The position numbers and the translations under genes were made by a program. Under the pieces are notes generated by a model that saw only the letters and a list, made by a program, of their open reading frames with translations, made no database searches and was not told the DNA's origin. 64,000 bases of DNA from Ktedonobacteraceae bacterium (GTDB lineage: Bacteria; Chloroflexota; Ktedonobacteria; Ktedonobacterales; Ktedonobacteraceae): positions 1-64,000 of the forward strand of contig DASRBN010000002.1 of assembly GCA_035653615.1 (NCBI GenBank), read 5' to 3'. Below are positions 50,061 through 59,634 of this stretch, piece after piece (within the stretch, counting starts at the first letter, position 1; the number at the start of each line of letters is the position of its first letter).

Positions 50061-51554
50061 ATGCTACCATTAGGAAATCATCAAGTTGAGGGCTTCGCCC
50101 AGATACGCGTGATCGGTGTTGGGGGCGGAGGAAGTAATGCGGTGAACCGCATGATACAGGCAAATATGATGGGCATCGAGTTTATCGCTGTCAATACCGA
50201 TGCCCAGGCGTTGCTGCAGACGGAGGCACCGCATTATATTCGTATCGGCGATAAGCTGACCCGTGGCCTCGGGGCGGGTGGCAATCCAAGCGTGGGGGCG
50301 AAGGCCGCGGAAGAGAATGCCGAGGAACTCTACGAGGCGCTCAAAGGCTCTGATATGGTCTTCATCACCGCGGGCATGGGCGGGGGCACCGGCACCGGCG
50401 CCAGCCCGATCATCGCGCAAATCGCACGCGAGGTCGGGGCGCTGACCGTCGGCGTCGTGACCAAGCCATTCACGTTTGAAGGAAACAAGCGCCGCCTGGC
50501 CGCTGAAGAGGGCATCGCTAATCTGAAACAGCACGTGGATACGTTGATCACGGTGCCAAATGACCGCCTGTTGCAGGTGGCAGATAAGAAGATGCCCTTG
50601 AAAGAGGCTTTCCGGCTGGCCGACGACGTGCTGCGACAGGGCATTCAGGGCATCAGCGACCTCATCACCGTGCCCGGTCTGATCAACCTGGACTTTGCCG
50701 ACGTAAAAACCATTATGTCGGCGGCGGGCTCGGCGCTGATGGCGATTGGCGAGGCCACCGGCGAGTCCCGCGCTGTCGATGCCGCGCATATAGCGATTTC
50801 CAGCCCATTGCTCGATATCGATATCAACGGGGCGCGCGGCGTCCTCTTCAATATCACCGGCGGACTCGACCTGACGCTTTTCGAGGTGAACGAGGCGGCT
50901 GATATCATCAGCAAGGCAGCTCACCCGGAGGCCAATATCATCTTCGGCGCCGTTCAGGACCCGGCTTACGACGGCAAAGTGAAGATCACTGTGATCGCTA
51001 CGGGCTTCGACGCACGGGGGCAAGTGGTCGGCGCGCAGGCTGGTCGCATGGAGTACAACCGGAATATGTTCTACACAGGCGCATCGTCACCCAACGCCGG
51101 TTCTGGCGGGCGCCCGGTGCAGCAGAGCAGTTACAGCCCGCTGCCCGTTACGCCGCCGCCACTGAATATTGCCAGGCATCCAACGGGACCGCTTCAGAAC
51201 GCCGGACGGGCCATGCCGCCTGCTCCGCCAGTGCAGGATCCCATCTCGTCTTCGGCCCGTCAACCCCTGGCTTCCCTCAGCCGTGGCGATATGGGACGCG
51301 GGGATGTCGATGACGACCTGTACGATGACGGCGAGGATACAGGCGATAGGATGGAAATGTCGGCCCAGGCATCGCATTCACAACTGCCCGTGCCGGAGCC
51401 GGAGGCGCAGCCGTTACAGCGCCCCGCCGCGGACGCCCGCCAGCAGCGCCCGGTCCGACGCATGGACCCCAAGGCGCTCGATCTGCCACGCGGCAACCGC
51501 AATACGCCACAGGGTGATGTGATCGACATTCCGGCATTCTTGCGCAAACGGTAA
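50061..51554 (+). CDS. ftsZ: Cell-division GTPase FtsZ with long Pro-rich disordered linker
   Basis: [14 protein letters not shown]. Tubulin signature [16 protein letters not shown]. Conserved C-terminal peptide DIPAFLRKR. Confidence 0.95.
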   Translation: MLPLGNHQVEGFAQIRVIGVGGGGSNAVNRMIQANMMGIEFIAVNTDAQALLQTEAPHYIRIGDKLTRGLGAGGNPSVGAKAAEENAEELYEALKGSDMVFITAGMGGGTGTGASPIIAQIAREVGALTVGVVTKPFTFEGNKRRLAAEEGIANLKQHVDTLITVPNDRLLQVADKKMPLKEAFRLADDVLRQGIQGISDLITVPGLINLDFADVKTIMSAAGSALMAIGEATGESRAVDAAHIAISSPLLDIDINGARGVLFNITGGLDLTLFEVNEAADIISKAAHPEANIIFGAVQDPAYDGKVKITVIATGFDARGQVVGAQAGRMEYNRNMFYTGASSPNAGSGGRPVQQSSYSPLPVTPPPLNIARHPTGPLQNAGRAMPPAPPVQDPISSSARQPLASLSRGDMGRGDVDDDLYDDGEDTGDRMEMSAQASHSQLPVPEPEAQPLQRPAADARQQRPVRRMDPKALDLPRGNRNTPQGDVIDIPAFLRKR

Positions 51555-51623
51555 TCTAAACCGCTCATAAAAAATGGGCAAACCAGACAAGCTCTGGTTT
51601 GCCCATTTTTTATGAGTGGTTTA
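51555..51623. terminator. Bidirectional terminator with ~31-bp near-perfect stem between the ftsZ stop and a convergent gene
   Basis: ctaaaccgctcataaaaaatgggcaaaccag-acaagct-ctggtttgcccattttttatgagtggtttag, with one mismatch. The arms flank both stop codons. Confidence 0.75.
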
Positions 51624-52415
51624 GATGCGCGCTATCCTGTTCATTGTTTTGCCAAGGTTGCCGGGGATGTTTTCATTCAAGCCGATATGGTTGATGACGA
51701 CGCGAGCGCCGGGGATGCCGGTGATTTCTTTCTCCAGCATGTACTTCATCTCATTGTTCGGCACCTCACCGTAGAGGCTGACGATATAGTTTTCGACCAG
51801 AGCCGAGAGGTTCTTAGCGCCCTCGAGCTTGCCTGCAGCCTTCAACCTTTCAATCAATGCGTTCACCTGGTTCAAGAGCTCATCCTCGGCCACCAGGAAG
51901 TTCAGCACGTCGAGGACACCGGGTATCTTGCGCAGGGCCTCTTCAACTTCCACTTTTTGCGCTTCCAGTTCGACCTTGCCATACAGCGCCAGTACGACGC
52001 CATCAGGCTCCTCACGATCAATAAAGACCTTGACGGGGTGAGCGCTCCAGGCAGTACTGCTGATGGTCACAATTTCATGAACCCTATCTTCAGCCTCTTG
52101 TAGCACGGCCTCCGGCGACGTGAACGGCCTGGAGAACGGCTCCGCCTTGTGCGTAGCAGCCATGGGGTCTTCCAATCCCCAGCCCAGAATGCCGACCAGC
52201 ACCAGCACAAGACCAGCGATAGTAACCCAGGGGGCGCTGGTAATGAAGAAGATACCGGAGATAGTGATGAGGATGGCCACGCTCAGGACAATCGGCCAGT
52301 AACTGGGGCCTGGCAGATGAACGTGGCTCTCTTCCCCGGCCTCTTCTACTTCTGGTGAGGCAGGATGGGCAAGCTGATCCTCTATGATGCGCGTATTTTG
52401 AAGAGAAGTATCCAT
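51621..52415 (-). CDS. Hypothetical membrane protein (two TM helices) with C-terminal BON-like domain
   Basis: Start re-placed at MDTSLQ (ATG 52415) after a GGAAAGAGAG RBS. TM helices PSYWPIVLSVAILITISGIFFITSAPWVTIAGLVLVLVGILGW. C-terminal segment VKVFIDREEPDGVVLALYGKVELEAQKVEVEEALRKIPGVLDVLNFL. Family assignment is tentative. Confidence 0.45.
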   Translation of the reverse strand: MDTSLQNTRIIEDQLAHPASPEVEEAGEESHVHLPGPSYWPIVLSVAILITISGIFFITSAPWVTIAGLVLVLVGILGWGLEDPMAATHKAEPFSRPFTSPEAVLQEAEDRVHEIVTISSTAWSAHPVKVFIDREEPDGVVLALYGKVELEAQKVEVEEALRKIPGVLDVLNFLVAEDELLNQVNALIERLKAAGKLEGAKNLSALVENYIVSLYGEVPNNEMKYMLEKEITGIPGARVVINHIGLNENIPGNLGKTMNRIARI

Positions 52416-52578
52416 AAGTTCTCTCTTTCCATTCGAGTTTGGTCTATGATCCAGCGATCTACTCGGAAACAGTTTCCTGGCAATATTCCTATTATGAGAA
52501 TACCAGATATACGCGGCTGATGCAAGCACTTATGAGATTGAGGGCATGAACAGGCTCGAATCAAGCCACATCCTGTTA

Positions 52579-53196
52579 TCAGGCGTAAGCTTGCAGGCAG
52601 GCCTCGACATCAGCAATTGCCTGAGCGGTTTCTTGAAAGAGGATGGCATGAATACCAAACTTACGCGCTTCGACCACTGACTTCTCGATATCATCGAGGA
52701 AGACGGTCTCTTCGGGCTTTACGCCAGGACGCTCGCAGGTAATCTCGAAAATGCGGCGTTCCGGCTTGCCGGTCTTCTCTTCGTAAGAGTAAATGATGAG
52801 ATCGGCCATTTCCGCGAAATGAAAACGTTTCTGTTCTACGCGCCTGGCCCCAGGAACGCCGTTGCTGAGGATGGCCGTTCAATAGCGCGGGCGCAGGCTT
52901 CTGAAGTAGGCGGCCAGCTCGCTATTGAGTTCACCGCAATAGCTGTCCCAGAAATCCAGCATAAACTCGTCCACCTGCGCCCGATTCATGCCAAAAATCT
53001 CGCCAAGTTTCTGGAGCATTTCCTCTTCCGTGAATTTTCCGTAGGTAGCGTCTATGAGCCAGCCCGTACTGAAGTGGCGCTCACGTAGTTCGCCTGGCTT
53101 GAGGCCCAGCCGTGCTTCCCACCTTACATGCATATCAGTCTCAATTTCGTTCTCCAGCACGCCGCCAAGATCAAAGACAATGGCCCGGATTGTCAT
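52579..53196 (-). pseudogene. HAD-superfamily hydrolase interrupted by a single in-frame TGA immediately before motif II
   Basis: ORFs 52879–53196 and 52579–52809 are in the same frame. They read ...MTIRAIVFDLGGVL(motif I)...AAYFRSLRPRY-TGA(52879–52881)-TAILSNG(motif II)...KTGKPERRIF...VFLDDIEKS(motifs III/IV). Total length is 206 codons. Confidence 0.6.
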
Positions 53197-53250
53197 AACT
53201 AGATTCCTTTCAGCCTTCTATTTTGCGAGCCATCCCACCGTGGGACGCAG

Positions 53251-53413
53251 TCTGTCATTCTGAGCGACAGCGAAGAATCTACGTTCATGGCGATTCCTGT
53301 GCCGAGGCTGCGGATTCTTCGCTGCCGCTCAGAATGACATGCGGGCAGGCTCAAGAACTTTGGCCTCCAGACTACCTGAGCTGCGGATTCTTCGCTGCCG
53401 CTCAGAATGACAT
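53251..53413. repeat. Palindromic repeat element, copy 3 (one forward unit and two inverted units)
   Basis: cTGTCATTCTGAGCGACAGCGAAGAATCTacg ... ggATTCTTCGCTGCCGCTCAGAATGACAtgcgggc ... ggATTCTTCGCTGCCGCTCAGAATGACAtgcgatg. The units are variants with a compensating change. Confidence 0.8.
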
Positions 53414-53513
53414 GCGATGAGGAGCCGCTTCCCGATACTGGTTGTTCAACTTCAAATTTGGCTTTCCGCTCAAAATCCCAAGATCAACCTCACAGTGGCC
53501 ATCAGTTCTGCAT

Positions 53514-54545
53514 CTAAGACACCCGGGCAACGACCGCCGTCACATTGTCCGGGCCGCCCTGCTCGTTTGCCAGTTCGATCAGCCGCTGCACGCTTTGCCG
53601 CGGCTCGAATTGCTGCACAACTTGGGCGATCTGTTCATCGCTGATGATTCTTGAAAGGCCATCGGTGCAAAGCACAACGATATCGCCAGATTGCACCGGT
53701 TCTGTGAAGACATCCACCTCGACAAAGGGATCAGTACCCATGCAGCGCGTGATCTTATTGCCCTGCTGCGCGCGCGCCTGCTCTACAGTCAACAGGCCAG
53801 CCCGCACCTGCTCTGCTTCCGGCGTGTGATCCTGCGATACCTGCTTCACCTGCCCATTCCGCACAATGTAAGCACGGCTATCACCCACGTTTGCCACATA
53901 AAGTGTATCGCCTTTCAGTACTGCCGCGACGCAGGTCGATCCCATACTATGTTCCTGATCCGGCGGCTGCGCCTGGTTTTGATTAGCTGCATAGATGAGC
54001 GCACTCGCATGTTCCACGGCATGGCGCAGAGAAGCTGCGATATCGTCGCTCTCATTCTGGTAATAGGCCTCGCGCACATGTTTGATGACCATTTCGCTGG
54101 CCACTTCTCCCTTAGTATGCCCTCCCAACCCGTCGGCCACCACAAACAGAGCACCTTTTTTCGTCATTATCTGGGTATCATCAGGAATAACAGAGATCAT
54201 ATTATCTTCATTACTTTCACGCTTGCGTCCGATATCAGTTAGTTGAGCGACATTCAGGCTAAATTGCTGTACCATAAGAATAGGTTCCTTTCCTTTCATC
54301 TTAGAAACAAATTCACGCGTATGTTCAATCAATGCCGTCTTTGCCAGATCATACAGGATGGCTCCCCATAGCCTGGTCACACCCGCCTGCCCGCGTTCAA
54401 GCAGCGCCTCGCGGTAACAGTCATAGAAGGTCTGCATCATCTCGCGGCCAAATTCCCGCCTGAACCGGCGAGGATAGCATCGCAGGAGCAGACTATAGCA
54501 ATGTTCCGAGAACGATGCGTTCCTCTTCAATGGAGTTGTCGTCAT
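53514..54545 (-). CDS. PP2C-family Ser/Thr protein phosphatase with ~85-aa N-terminal helical extension of unknown function
   Basis: The PP2C core begins at LTDIGRKRESNEDN and includes ALFVVADGLGGHTKGEVAS...GDTLYVANVGDSRAY...VLCTDGL. Start overlaps the padR stop (ATGA). Confidence 0.8.
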   Translation of the reverse strand: MTTTPLKRNASFSEHCYSLLLRCYPRRFRREFGREMMQTFYDCYREALLERGQAGVTRLWGAILYDLAKTALIEHTREFVSKMKGKEPILMVQQFSLNVAQLTDIGRKRESNEDNMISVIPDDTQIMTKKGALFVVADGLGGHTKGEVASEMVIKHVREAYYQNESDDIAASLRHAVEHASALIYAANQNQAQPPDQEHSMGSTCVAAVLKGDTLYVANVGDSRAYIVRNGQVKQVSQDHTPEAEQVRAGLLTVEQARAQQGNKITRCMGTDPFVEVDVFTEPVQSGDIVVLCTDGLSRIISDEQIAQVVQQFEPRQSVQRLIELANEQGGPDNVTAVVARVS

Positions 54546-54922
54546 GGCAGGCCTCCAATCTGTTTCGGATTGGCTAAAATCTGCTTGCTCTCGATGATGC
54601 TTACCAGTTGCTCGAGCCTTTGAGCCTCGGCTTGCAGGACACGCAGGCCGAAGTTGGTCAGGCGATAGTAGCGACGGCGCTCATCATCCAGTTCGGGGTC
54701 TGGACGTTCAGCCGCCTGTTCTATTAAGCCGTCTGCCAGCATGCGCTTAATGGAGCCATAGAGCGTTCCCGGCCCCATGCGCATGGTTCCCTGAGTGCGC
54801 GCGGCGATCTCCTGCATAATGCCATAACCATGCCGCTCGCCATCCGCCAGGGCCAGCAGGATATGAAAGACGGCCGGTGTCAAAGGAAGCAGGTCCTCCG
54901 GGTTCTTTTGCGCTTTCTTCAT
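54542..54922 (-). CDS. PadR-family transcriptional regulator
   Basis: Winged HTH LLALADGERHGYGIMQEIAARTQGTMRMGPGTLYGSIKRMLADGLIEQ. C-terminal helix. Confidence 0.85.
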   Translation of the reverse strand: MKKAQKNPEDLLPLTPAVFHILLALADGERHGYGIMQEIAARTQGTMRMGPGTLYGSIKRMLADGLIEQAAERPDPELDDERRRYYRLTNFGLRVLQAEAQRLEQLVSIIESKQILANPKQIGGLP

Positions 54923-54956
54923 CGAACCTCCATTTCGATATAGGAAAACCTACGAA

Positions 54957-55000
54957 GTTACTATATCACTAACGGATATATCCGTTAGTGATATAGTAAC
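54957..55000. promoter_or_regulatory. Perfect 44-bp palindrome (22-bp arms) 35 bp upstream of padR, a candidate autoregulatory operator
   Basis: GTTACTATATCACTAACGGATAT|ATATCCGTTAGTGATATAGTAAC. The two arms are exact reverse complements. Confidence 0.6.
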
Positions 55001-55137
55001 CGGAAAAGGGGAGATTGTCAAGGGGCTATTGGCTCAATAAACGTTTATACTACTATGTGAGCAAGCAGTTCTATTACAAGCAGGTTGTTAATAGTGATTT
55101 ACCTGTCAAGCCCTGATGTGCGGTTACTCATTTTATA

Positions 55138-56712
55138 TCACTTCAGAGGCAGCGGCAACGTCGCCTGATTCGGAAGCTGCTCTGGCGCAACCTGTGGTAA
55201 GGTGAAGACGATGCGGGCGCCATGCTGATCTGTATTTTCGGCGTGGATAGTCCCGCCGTGGGCTTCGACGATGGCGCGGACGATGGTGAGACCGAGGCCG
55301 CTGCCGCCGGTGGAGACCTGGCGCGAGGCATCGGCGCGATAGAAGCGGTCGAAGACGCGCGGCAGGGCAGAGGTGGGGATGCCCTCGCCGGTATCGGTAA
55401 CGGAAACTTCGAGCATATTGCCGCACGCCTGAGCATCGATGGTGACGGTACCACCGGATGGGGTGTGGCGCAGCGCGTTATCGCAGAGATTGGTGAAGAC
55501 CCGTTTGAGCATGTCTTGATCGGCCCAGGCGGGTGGCAGATTGTAGGCAATGGCGTTGCGTGGCTCTACATTGGCGCGCTCAAATTCGGGACTCAGGACG
55601 GCCAATACGTCATCGACCAGCGCGGCCAGGCGTATTGCTTTGCGTTGGGGCTGCATGACGCCGGCCTCTACTTTCGCCATCATATGCAGGTCCTTGACCA
55701 TACGGTGCAGGCGTAGGGTTTCGCGCACGATAACGCGGCCTGTGGCCTCGTAGTCCTCGCGGCTGGTATTGACACCATCCACCAGCGACTCGCCTAATCC
55801 GGCGATGGCGGTGAGGGGAGTTGCGAGGTCATGGGTAATGTTCATGATGAGTTCGCGGCGGAAGAGTTCCTGGCGGTGCAGTTCGTTGACATCAGCCTCG
55901 AGTTTGGCGGCCATTTTATTGAAAGTACCGGCAAGCTCACCCAGCTCGCCACCTGCTCCTGTCGTGACGCGGGCGCTGTAGTCGCCAGACGCGAGTACGT
56001 GCGCGGCACTCGTCATTTTGGCGAGCGGGCGTGTGATGGTGCGTGAGAAGAGAATAGCAGCCAGGGTTGCGAGTACAGCTACGACGAGCGCGGCGATCAG
56101 GATGAACTGGCGCACGGTGGCGATAAAAGGCGGAATGGTGTCGGCGACTGCGAAACGGGGTATGACGACCAGGATACCAATGACCCGGCCGCTGCTCTGA
56201 CCACCCTCGAATACCGGTTCGACTACAAATGGGCGCGTGGAACTTCCGGGTGTACCGTTGCCAAGATCACCCACAGTTGTCGTGCCCAAACGAGCATTAC
56301 GAATGGCAGTGACTAATTTGGTGTAATCGCTCTGCTGTATCGCAGGATCGGTTACTTTCACTAAAAGAGCGCTCGTAAGAGGATGCAGGCCACCTATGCG
56401 TGGATAGACAAGCAGAGCAAATCTATTAAAGACGAGCAAGAGATTATCTTGATTTTCAGCGTTCTGCTGCGGTGTATTCGGCAAAACGTTATTGACGGCC
56501 ATTGCAAGCGTGCCATTCTGGGTATAACTGACGCCCAGCCGTTGTGAGAGGCTATTCGCAACATCAACGAGTTGTTGTTGCTCATTGGCTCCATAATAAT
56601 AGTTAATGGCGAAGATTACCGCCAATGAGAGTATTGTGGTCGCGATCAACGCTACCAACATTGACCCCAGGGCCAGCCGCCAGCGAATACTCTGCCACCA
56701 ACGCATGCGCAT
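55138..56712 (-). CDS. Sensor histidine kinase (two TM helices, periplasmic sensor, HAMP, HisKA, HATPase_c)
   Basis: H-box ELIMNITHDLATPLTAIAG. N, G1 and G2 boxes (...DTGEGIPTSALPRVFDRFYRAD...GGSGLGLTIV). Start re-placed at MRMRWWQ (ATG 56712). Confidence 0.85.
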   Translation of the reverse strand: MRMRWWQSIRWRLALGSMLVALIATTILSLAVIFAINYYYGANEQQQLVDVANSLSQRLGVSYTQNGTLAMAVNNVLPNTPQQNAENQDNLLLVFNRFALLVYPRIGGLHPLTSALLVKVTDPAIQQSDYTKLVTAIRNARLGTTTVGDLGNGTPGSSTRPFVVEPVFEGGQSSGRVIGILVVIPRFAVADTIPPFIATVRQFILIAALVVAVLATLAAILFSRTITRPLAKMTSAAHVLASGDYSARVTTGAGGELGELAGTFNKMAAKLEADVNELHRQELFRRELIMNITHDLATPLTAIAGLGESLVDGVNTSREDYEATGRVIVRETLRLHRMVKDLHMMAKVEAGVMQPQRKAIRLAALVDDVLAVLSPEFERANVEPRNAIAYNLPPAWADQDMLKRVFTNLCDNALRHTPSGGTVTIDAQACGNMLEVSVTDTGEGIPTSALPRVFDRFYRADASRQVSTGGSGLGLTIVRAIVEAHGGTIHAENTDQHGARIVFTLPQVAPEQLPNQATLPLPLK

Positions 56713-56747
56713 AGATATAGTTCCTTTGAAATGATTCATGGAAAACC

Positions 56748-57479
56748 TTAAACTGCTGTACGCGCTCCTACTTCAAATTTATAGCCGATACGCCAGACGG
56801 TTTTGATATAGCGATAGTCGGTATTTGCCTCGATTTTCTTGCGCAGCGCGCTGATATGTACATCGACGATATGACCATCGCCGTAGTAGTCATAGCCCCA
56901 GATTTTGTTCATCAGGATTTCGCGCGTAAAAACGCGATCGGGAGACTGCGCCATCAGGGCCAGCAGGTCAAATTCGGTCGGCGTTAGCGTGACTTCGAAG
57001 CCATTCACTTCGACGCGGCGTGCTAACAGGTCGATAGTAAGGCTGGGAAAGCGCAGTACGGTCTTCGCGCTCGAAGCGTGGCCGTCCGCAGCCTGCCCTT
57101 CGCCAGCATCTGTATCACCCACACGCCGCAGGATGGCTCGCACTCTGCTGACCAGTTCGCGCGGGCTGAAAGGTTTCGTCAGGTAGTCATCGGCCCCCAG
57201 GTCAAGTCCGGCAATGCGATCTTCCTCGTCGGCACGCGCCGTCAGGATCAGAATGGGCGTTTTTGACCATGCCCGAATGCGGCGGCAGACCTCGAAGCCA
57301 TCGATGGCGGGCAGCATGATATCCAGGATGACGAGATCAGGATGCGTGCGCGCGTGCAGTGCCAGCCCATCGGCACCATCTTTGGCGACTACGACATCGT
57401 AGCCGGCGTTTTTCAGATAGAGATTGAGCAGGTGAATGATGCCATCTTCATCTTCAATAATGAGGATTTTCTGGGCCAT
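56748..57479 (-). CDS. OmpR-family response regulator
   Basis: MAQKILIIEDEDGIIHLLNLYL...DLVILDIMLP. Winged-helix C-terminus ...YIKTVWRIGYKF. Confidence 0.9.
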   Translation of the reverse strand: MAQKILIIEDEDGIIHLLNLYLKNAGYDVVVAKDGADGLALHARTHPDLVILDIMLPAIDGFEVCRRIRAWSKTPILILTARADEEDRIAGLDLGADDYLTKPFSPRELVSRVRAILRRVGDTDAGEGQAADGHASSAKTVLRFPSLTIDLLARRVEVNGFEVTLTPTEFDLLALMAQSPDRVFTREILMNKIWGYDYYGDGHIVDVHISALRKKIEANTDYRYIKTVWRIGYKFEVGARTAV

Positions 57480-57666
57480 GCTATGAACTCTCCTACATAT
57501 ACCCTTGTTTTTAAATAGTACCACACCTTTTTGCTGAAAGCAGGATATTTTCAATCGTTCTCACGCCCATCGGACGAATCTTGAGCAAATCTTGAACTTT
57601 TAACTACGCCGCCCGCTCATCGCCCTTCCCATGACACCTGACAACGAGAGATACGAGGGATGACAG

Positions 57667-58809
57667 CTATTCTGACAGCTTATCATGCCGCAAGAACCTC
57701 TCCATCGCATGAGCAGCCTCTTCGTGCATCTCACGAGTTACATGCCCATAAATGTTGGCAGTGATCGCGTAACTCGCATGTCCTAATATTGCCTGCACCG
57801 TCTTCATTGGTATACCCATACTCAACAGGAGTGTAGCGGCACTATGTCGTAATTCATGGAAATGCATAGCTGGCACTCCTGCCCGTTTGAGCAACGAATA
57901 GAACCGCGCACGCAGGGTACTCGATGACAGAAACCCTCCAGCAGTATTCGGGAAAACCAGGCCAGTATCCTCTTTCCAACCCTTCTTAACTCGCTCTTGT
58001 TCCTGTGCCACGCGATGCTTAGACAACACTTCTCTCACGAAGGGAGCGAGCGTAATCGTGCGCCGACCGCTCCTCGTTTTTGGCTCGCCCATAACAAAGC
58101 CGTGAGTAGCGACATAGGAGAGCGTCCACTTCACATCGAGATATCCCTCATCCAGGTGAACATCTTCCCAATGCAGGCCAAGTAGCTCACCCTCTCGCAT
58201 ACCGGTTGCCAGGGCAACAATGAGTACCGTGCGCATCCACTCTTTCTTTGCCGCCGCTATCAATCGATGTGCCTGTTCAGGTGTCAGTGTCTTGCCCTCC
58301 GGAGTATCTACTCTTGGCAGGTCAGCACCTGCACTCGCATTTATTCCCACCAACCCCAGGCGCCTAGCATGTTCTAGCGCCTTGTGAAGGACATTATGCA
58401 TGGTGCGAATGCGATTGGGGGAAGCCCCAGTTCTCTGCTTTTCGGCATAGAACTTCTGGATATGCTGTGGTGTTAATTTCTGTAGCTTCAAGTGGCCCAG
58501 CGCAGGAATCAGGTGCGCATGGATAATACACCGATACAACTGATAAGACCCCGGACGAAGCTGCGGCTTCCGCACATCCTCTAACCAATATTCAAGGAAC
58601 TGCTTCACTGTCTGCTGGGGACCAGTCGCCAGCTTCCCCTGTTCTAGTTCGCGTTGCGCCACCCATATTTTCCGCTCAACTTCACGCTCTGTTTTCCCAT
58701 AAAAGTACTTGCGCTTATGATCTTCCAGCGTGATAAAACCAGAATAACGCCCATCTGCACGCTTATAGACCGACCCATCACCACGCCTGCGTGATTTTTC
58801 CTTAGCCAT
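57667..58809 (-). CDS. int: Tyrosine-type site-specific integrase
   Basis: Catalytic region LATGMREGELLGLHWEDV...HELRHSAATLLLSMGIPMKTVQAILGHASYAITANIYGHV (R..H..R..Y). RBS GAGGAGAA before ATG 58809. Confidence 0.9.
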   Translation of the reverse strand: MAKEKSRRRGDGSVYKRADGRYSGFITLEDHKRKYFYGKTEREVERKIWVAQRELEQGKLATGPQQTVKQFLEYWLEDVRKPQLRPGSYQLYRCIIHAHLIPALGHLKLQKLTPQHIQKFYAEKQRTGASPNRIRTMHNVLHKALEHARRLGLVGINASAGADLPRVDTPEGKTLTPEQAHRLIAAAKKEWMRTVLIVALATGMREGELLGLHWEDVHLDEGYLDVKWTLSYVATHGFVMGEPKTRSGRRTITLAPFVREVLSKHRVAQEQERVKKGWKEDTGLVFPNTAGGFLSSSTLRARFYSLLKRAGVPAMHFHELRHSAATLLLSMGIPMKTVQAILGHASYAITANIYGHVTREMHEEAAHAMERFLRHDKLSE

Positions 58810-58894
58810 CGCGATTTCTCCTCATGAAGAAAAGCTGTTCTATATTCAAATCGGCTACCAGTAAATCACTCCTACAAACCCGCTAAAACCACGC

Positions 58895-59101
58895 CTACGC
58901 ACTCTGTTCCTCGCACTGCTTGAGCCACTTTTGTAGCGACTCAGGATGGATGCGCCGCACTCCTCGCAATTGAATAGACGGCAACCCCTTATAATAGATC
59001 AGGTTATACACCGTTTGCCGACACACGCCCAACTGGACAGCCACATCAGGTATAGAAAGCAACAATGGTTGCGCTATCGATACTTTTTTTCGTCGTGCCA
59101 T
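58895..59101 (-). CDS. xis: Excisionase-family HTH DNA-binding protein
   Basis: MARRKKVSIAQPLLLSIPDVAVQLGVCRQTVYNLIYYKGLPSIQL. RBS GAGGAGGAGG before ATG 59101. Lies immediately upstream of int on the same strand. Confidence 0.6.
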   Translation of the reverse strand: MARRKKVSIAQPLLLSIPDVAVQLGVCRQTVYNLIYYKGLPSIQLRGVRRIHPESLQKWLKQCEEQSA

Positions 59102-59217
59102 AAACCTCCTCCTCACTGAACAGGGGCGGCAGTATCCAGGAATCGGCTCCCATCAAACACTGCTACGAATTCTGTTCTTCACGGTTGTGTTAACAGCAAG
59201 CTATTAAAAATCTGCAC

Positions 59218-59265
59218 ATGCTATAAGCATAGGCAAAAACAAAAAAACTATGCTGTGAGCATAGT
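59218..59265. promoter_or_regulatory. Two related palindromes (ATGCT-ATA-AGCAT and CTATGCT-GTG-AGCATAG) upstream of xis-int
   Basis: catgctataagcatagg ... ctatgctgtgagcatag. Candidate repressor or activator sites for the xis-int promoter. Confidence 0.3.
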
Positions 59266-59307
59266 CTCATACAAGTCCCGAATACGTCCTCCTTGCCTTC
59301 TTGCACT

Positions 59308-59562
59308 TCACTCCTCTGAAAAGCGACAAAGCAGCCAGGCATAAAACTCTGGATAGCGATGTTCGATCAAGGTGAGGATGTCCTTGAACCCTCTCCTTTC
59401 GCACGTTTCCAGCAGGTACACTCCAATCACTTCATGCCTGACATGCCACCAGGCAGGCCGGGTCGGGTCATTCCCCAGGATGTACACCTCCCCATCAGTT
59501 CGGAACACCAGTTCCTGAAGAGGACATCGCAACACATACTGCTCTACTCGTTCCCAATCCAT
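59308..59562 (-). CDS. Hypothetical protein (84 aa) of the integrated element
   Basis: Start re-placed at MDWERV (ATG 59562) after a strong AGAAGGAG RBS. No similarity recognised. Confidence 0.4.
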   Translation of the reverse strand: MDWERVEQYVLRCPLQELVFRTDGEVYILGNDPTRPAWWHVRHEVIGVYLLETCERRGFKDILTLIEHRYPEFYAWLLCRFSEE

Positions 59563-59634
59563 GGTTCGCTCCTTCTCTGCATCAGAAGGTGACACAAGTA
59601 AAAAAGCTGTGCCCTATTCCCACCAGAACCATCA

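Noticed and set aside
52879-52881. TGA in the HAD hydrolase as a selenocysteine codon or evidence of TGA reassignment
   Set aside because: TGA functions as a normal stop in neighbouring genes such as murB and PrimPol. No SECIS-like hairpin lies downstream. A Sec residue at this position has no precedent in HAD enzymes.
57480-57667. A tRNA or tmRNA gene as the integration target next to the integrase
   Set aside because: No cloverleaf-compatible sequence, such as a T-arm GTTCRANYC motif, is present on either strand. The junction instead lies in the leader of the OmpR-type regulator gene.
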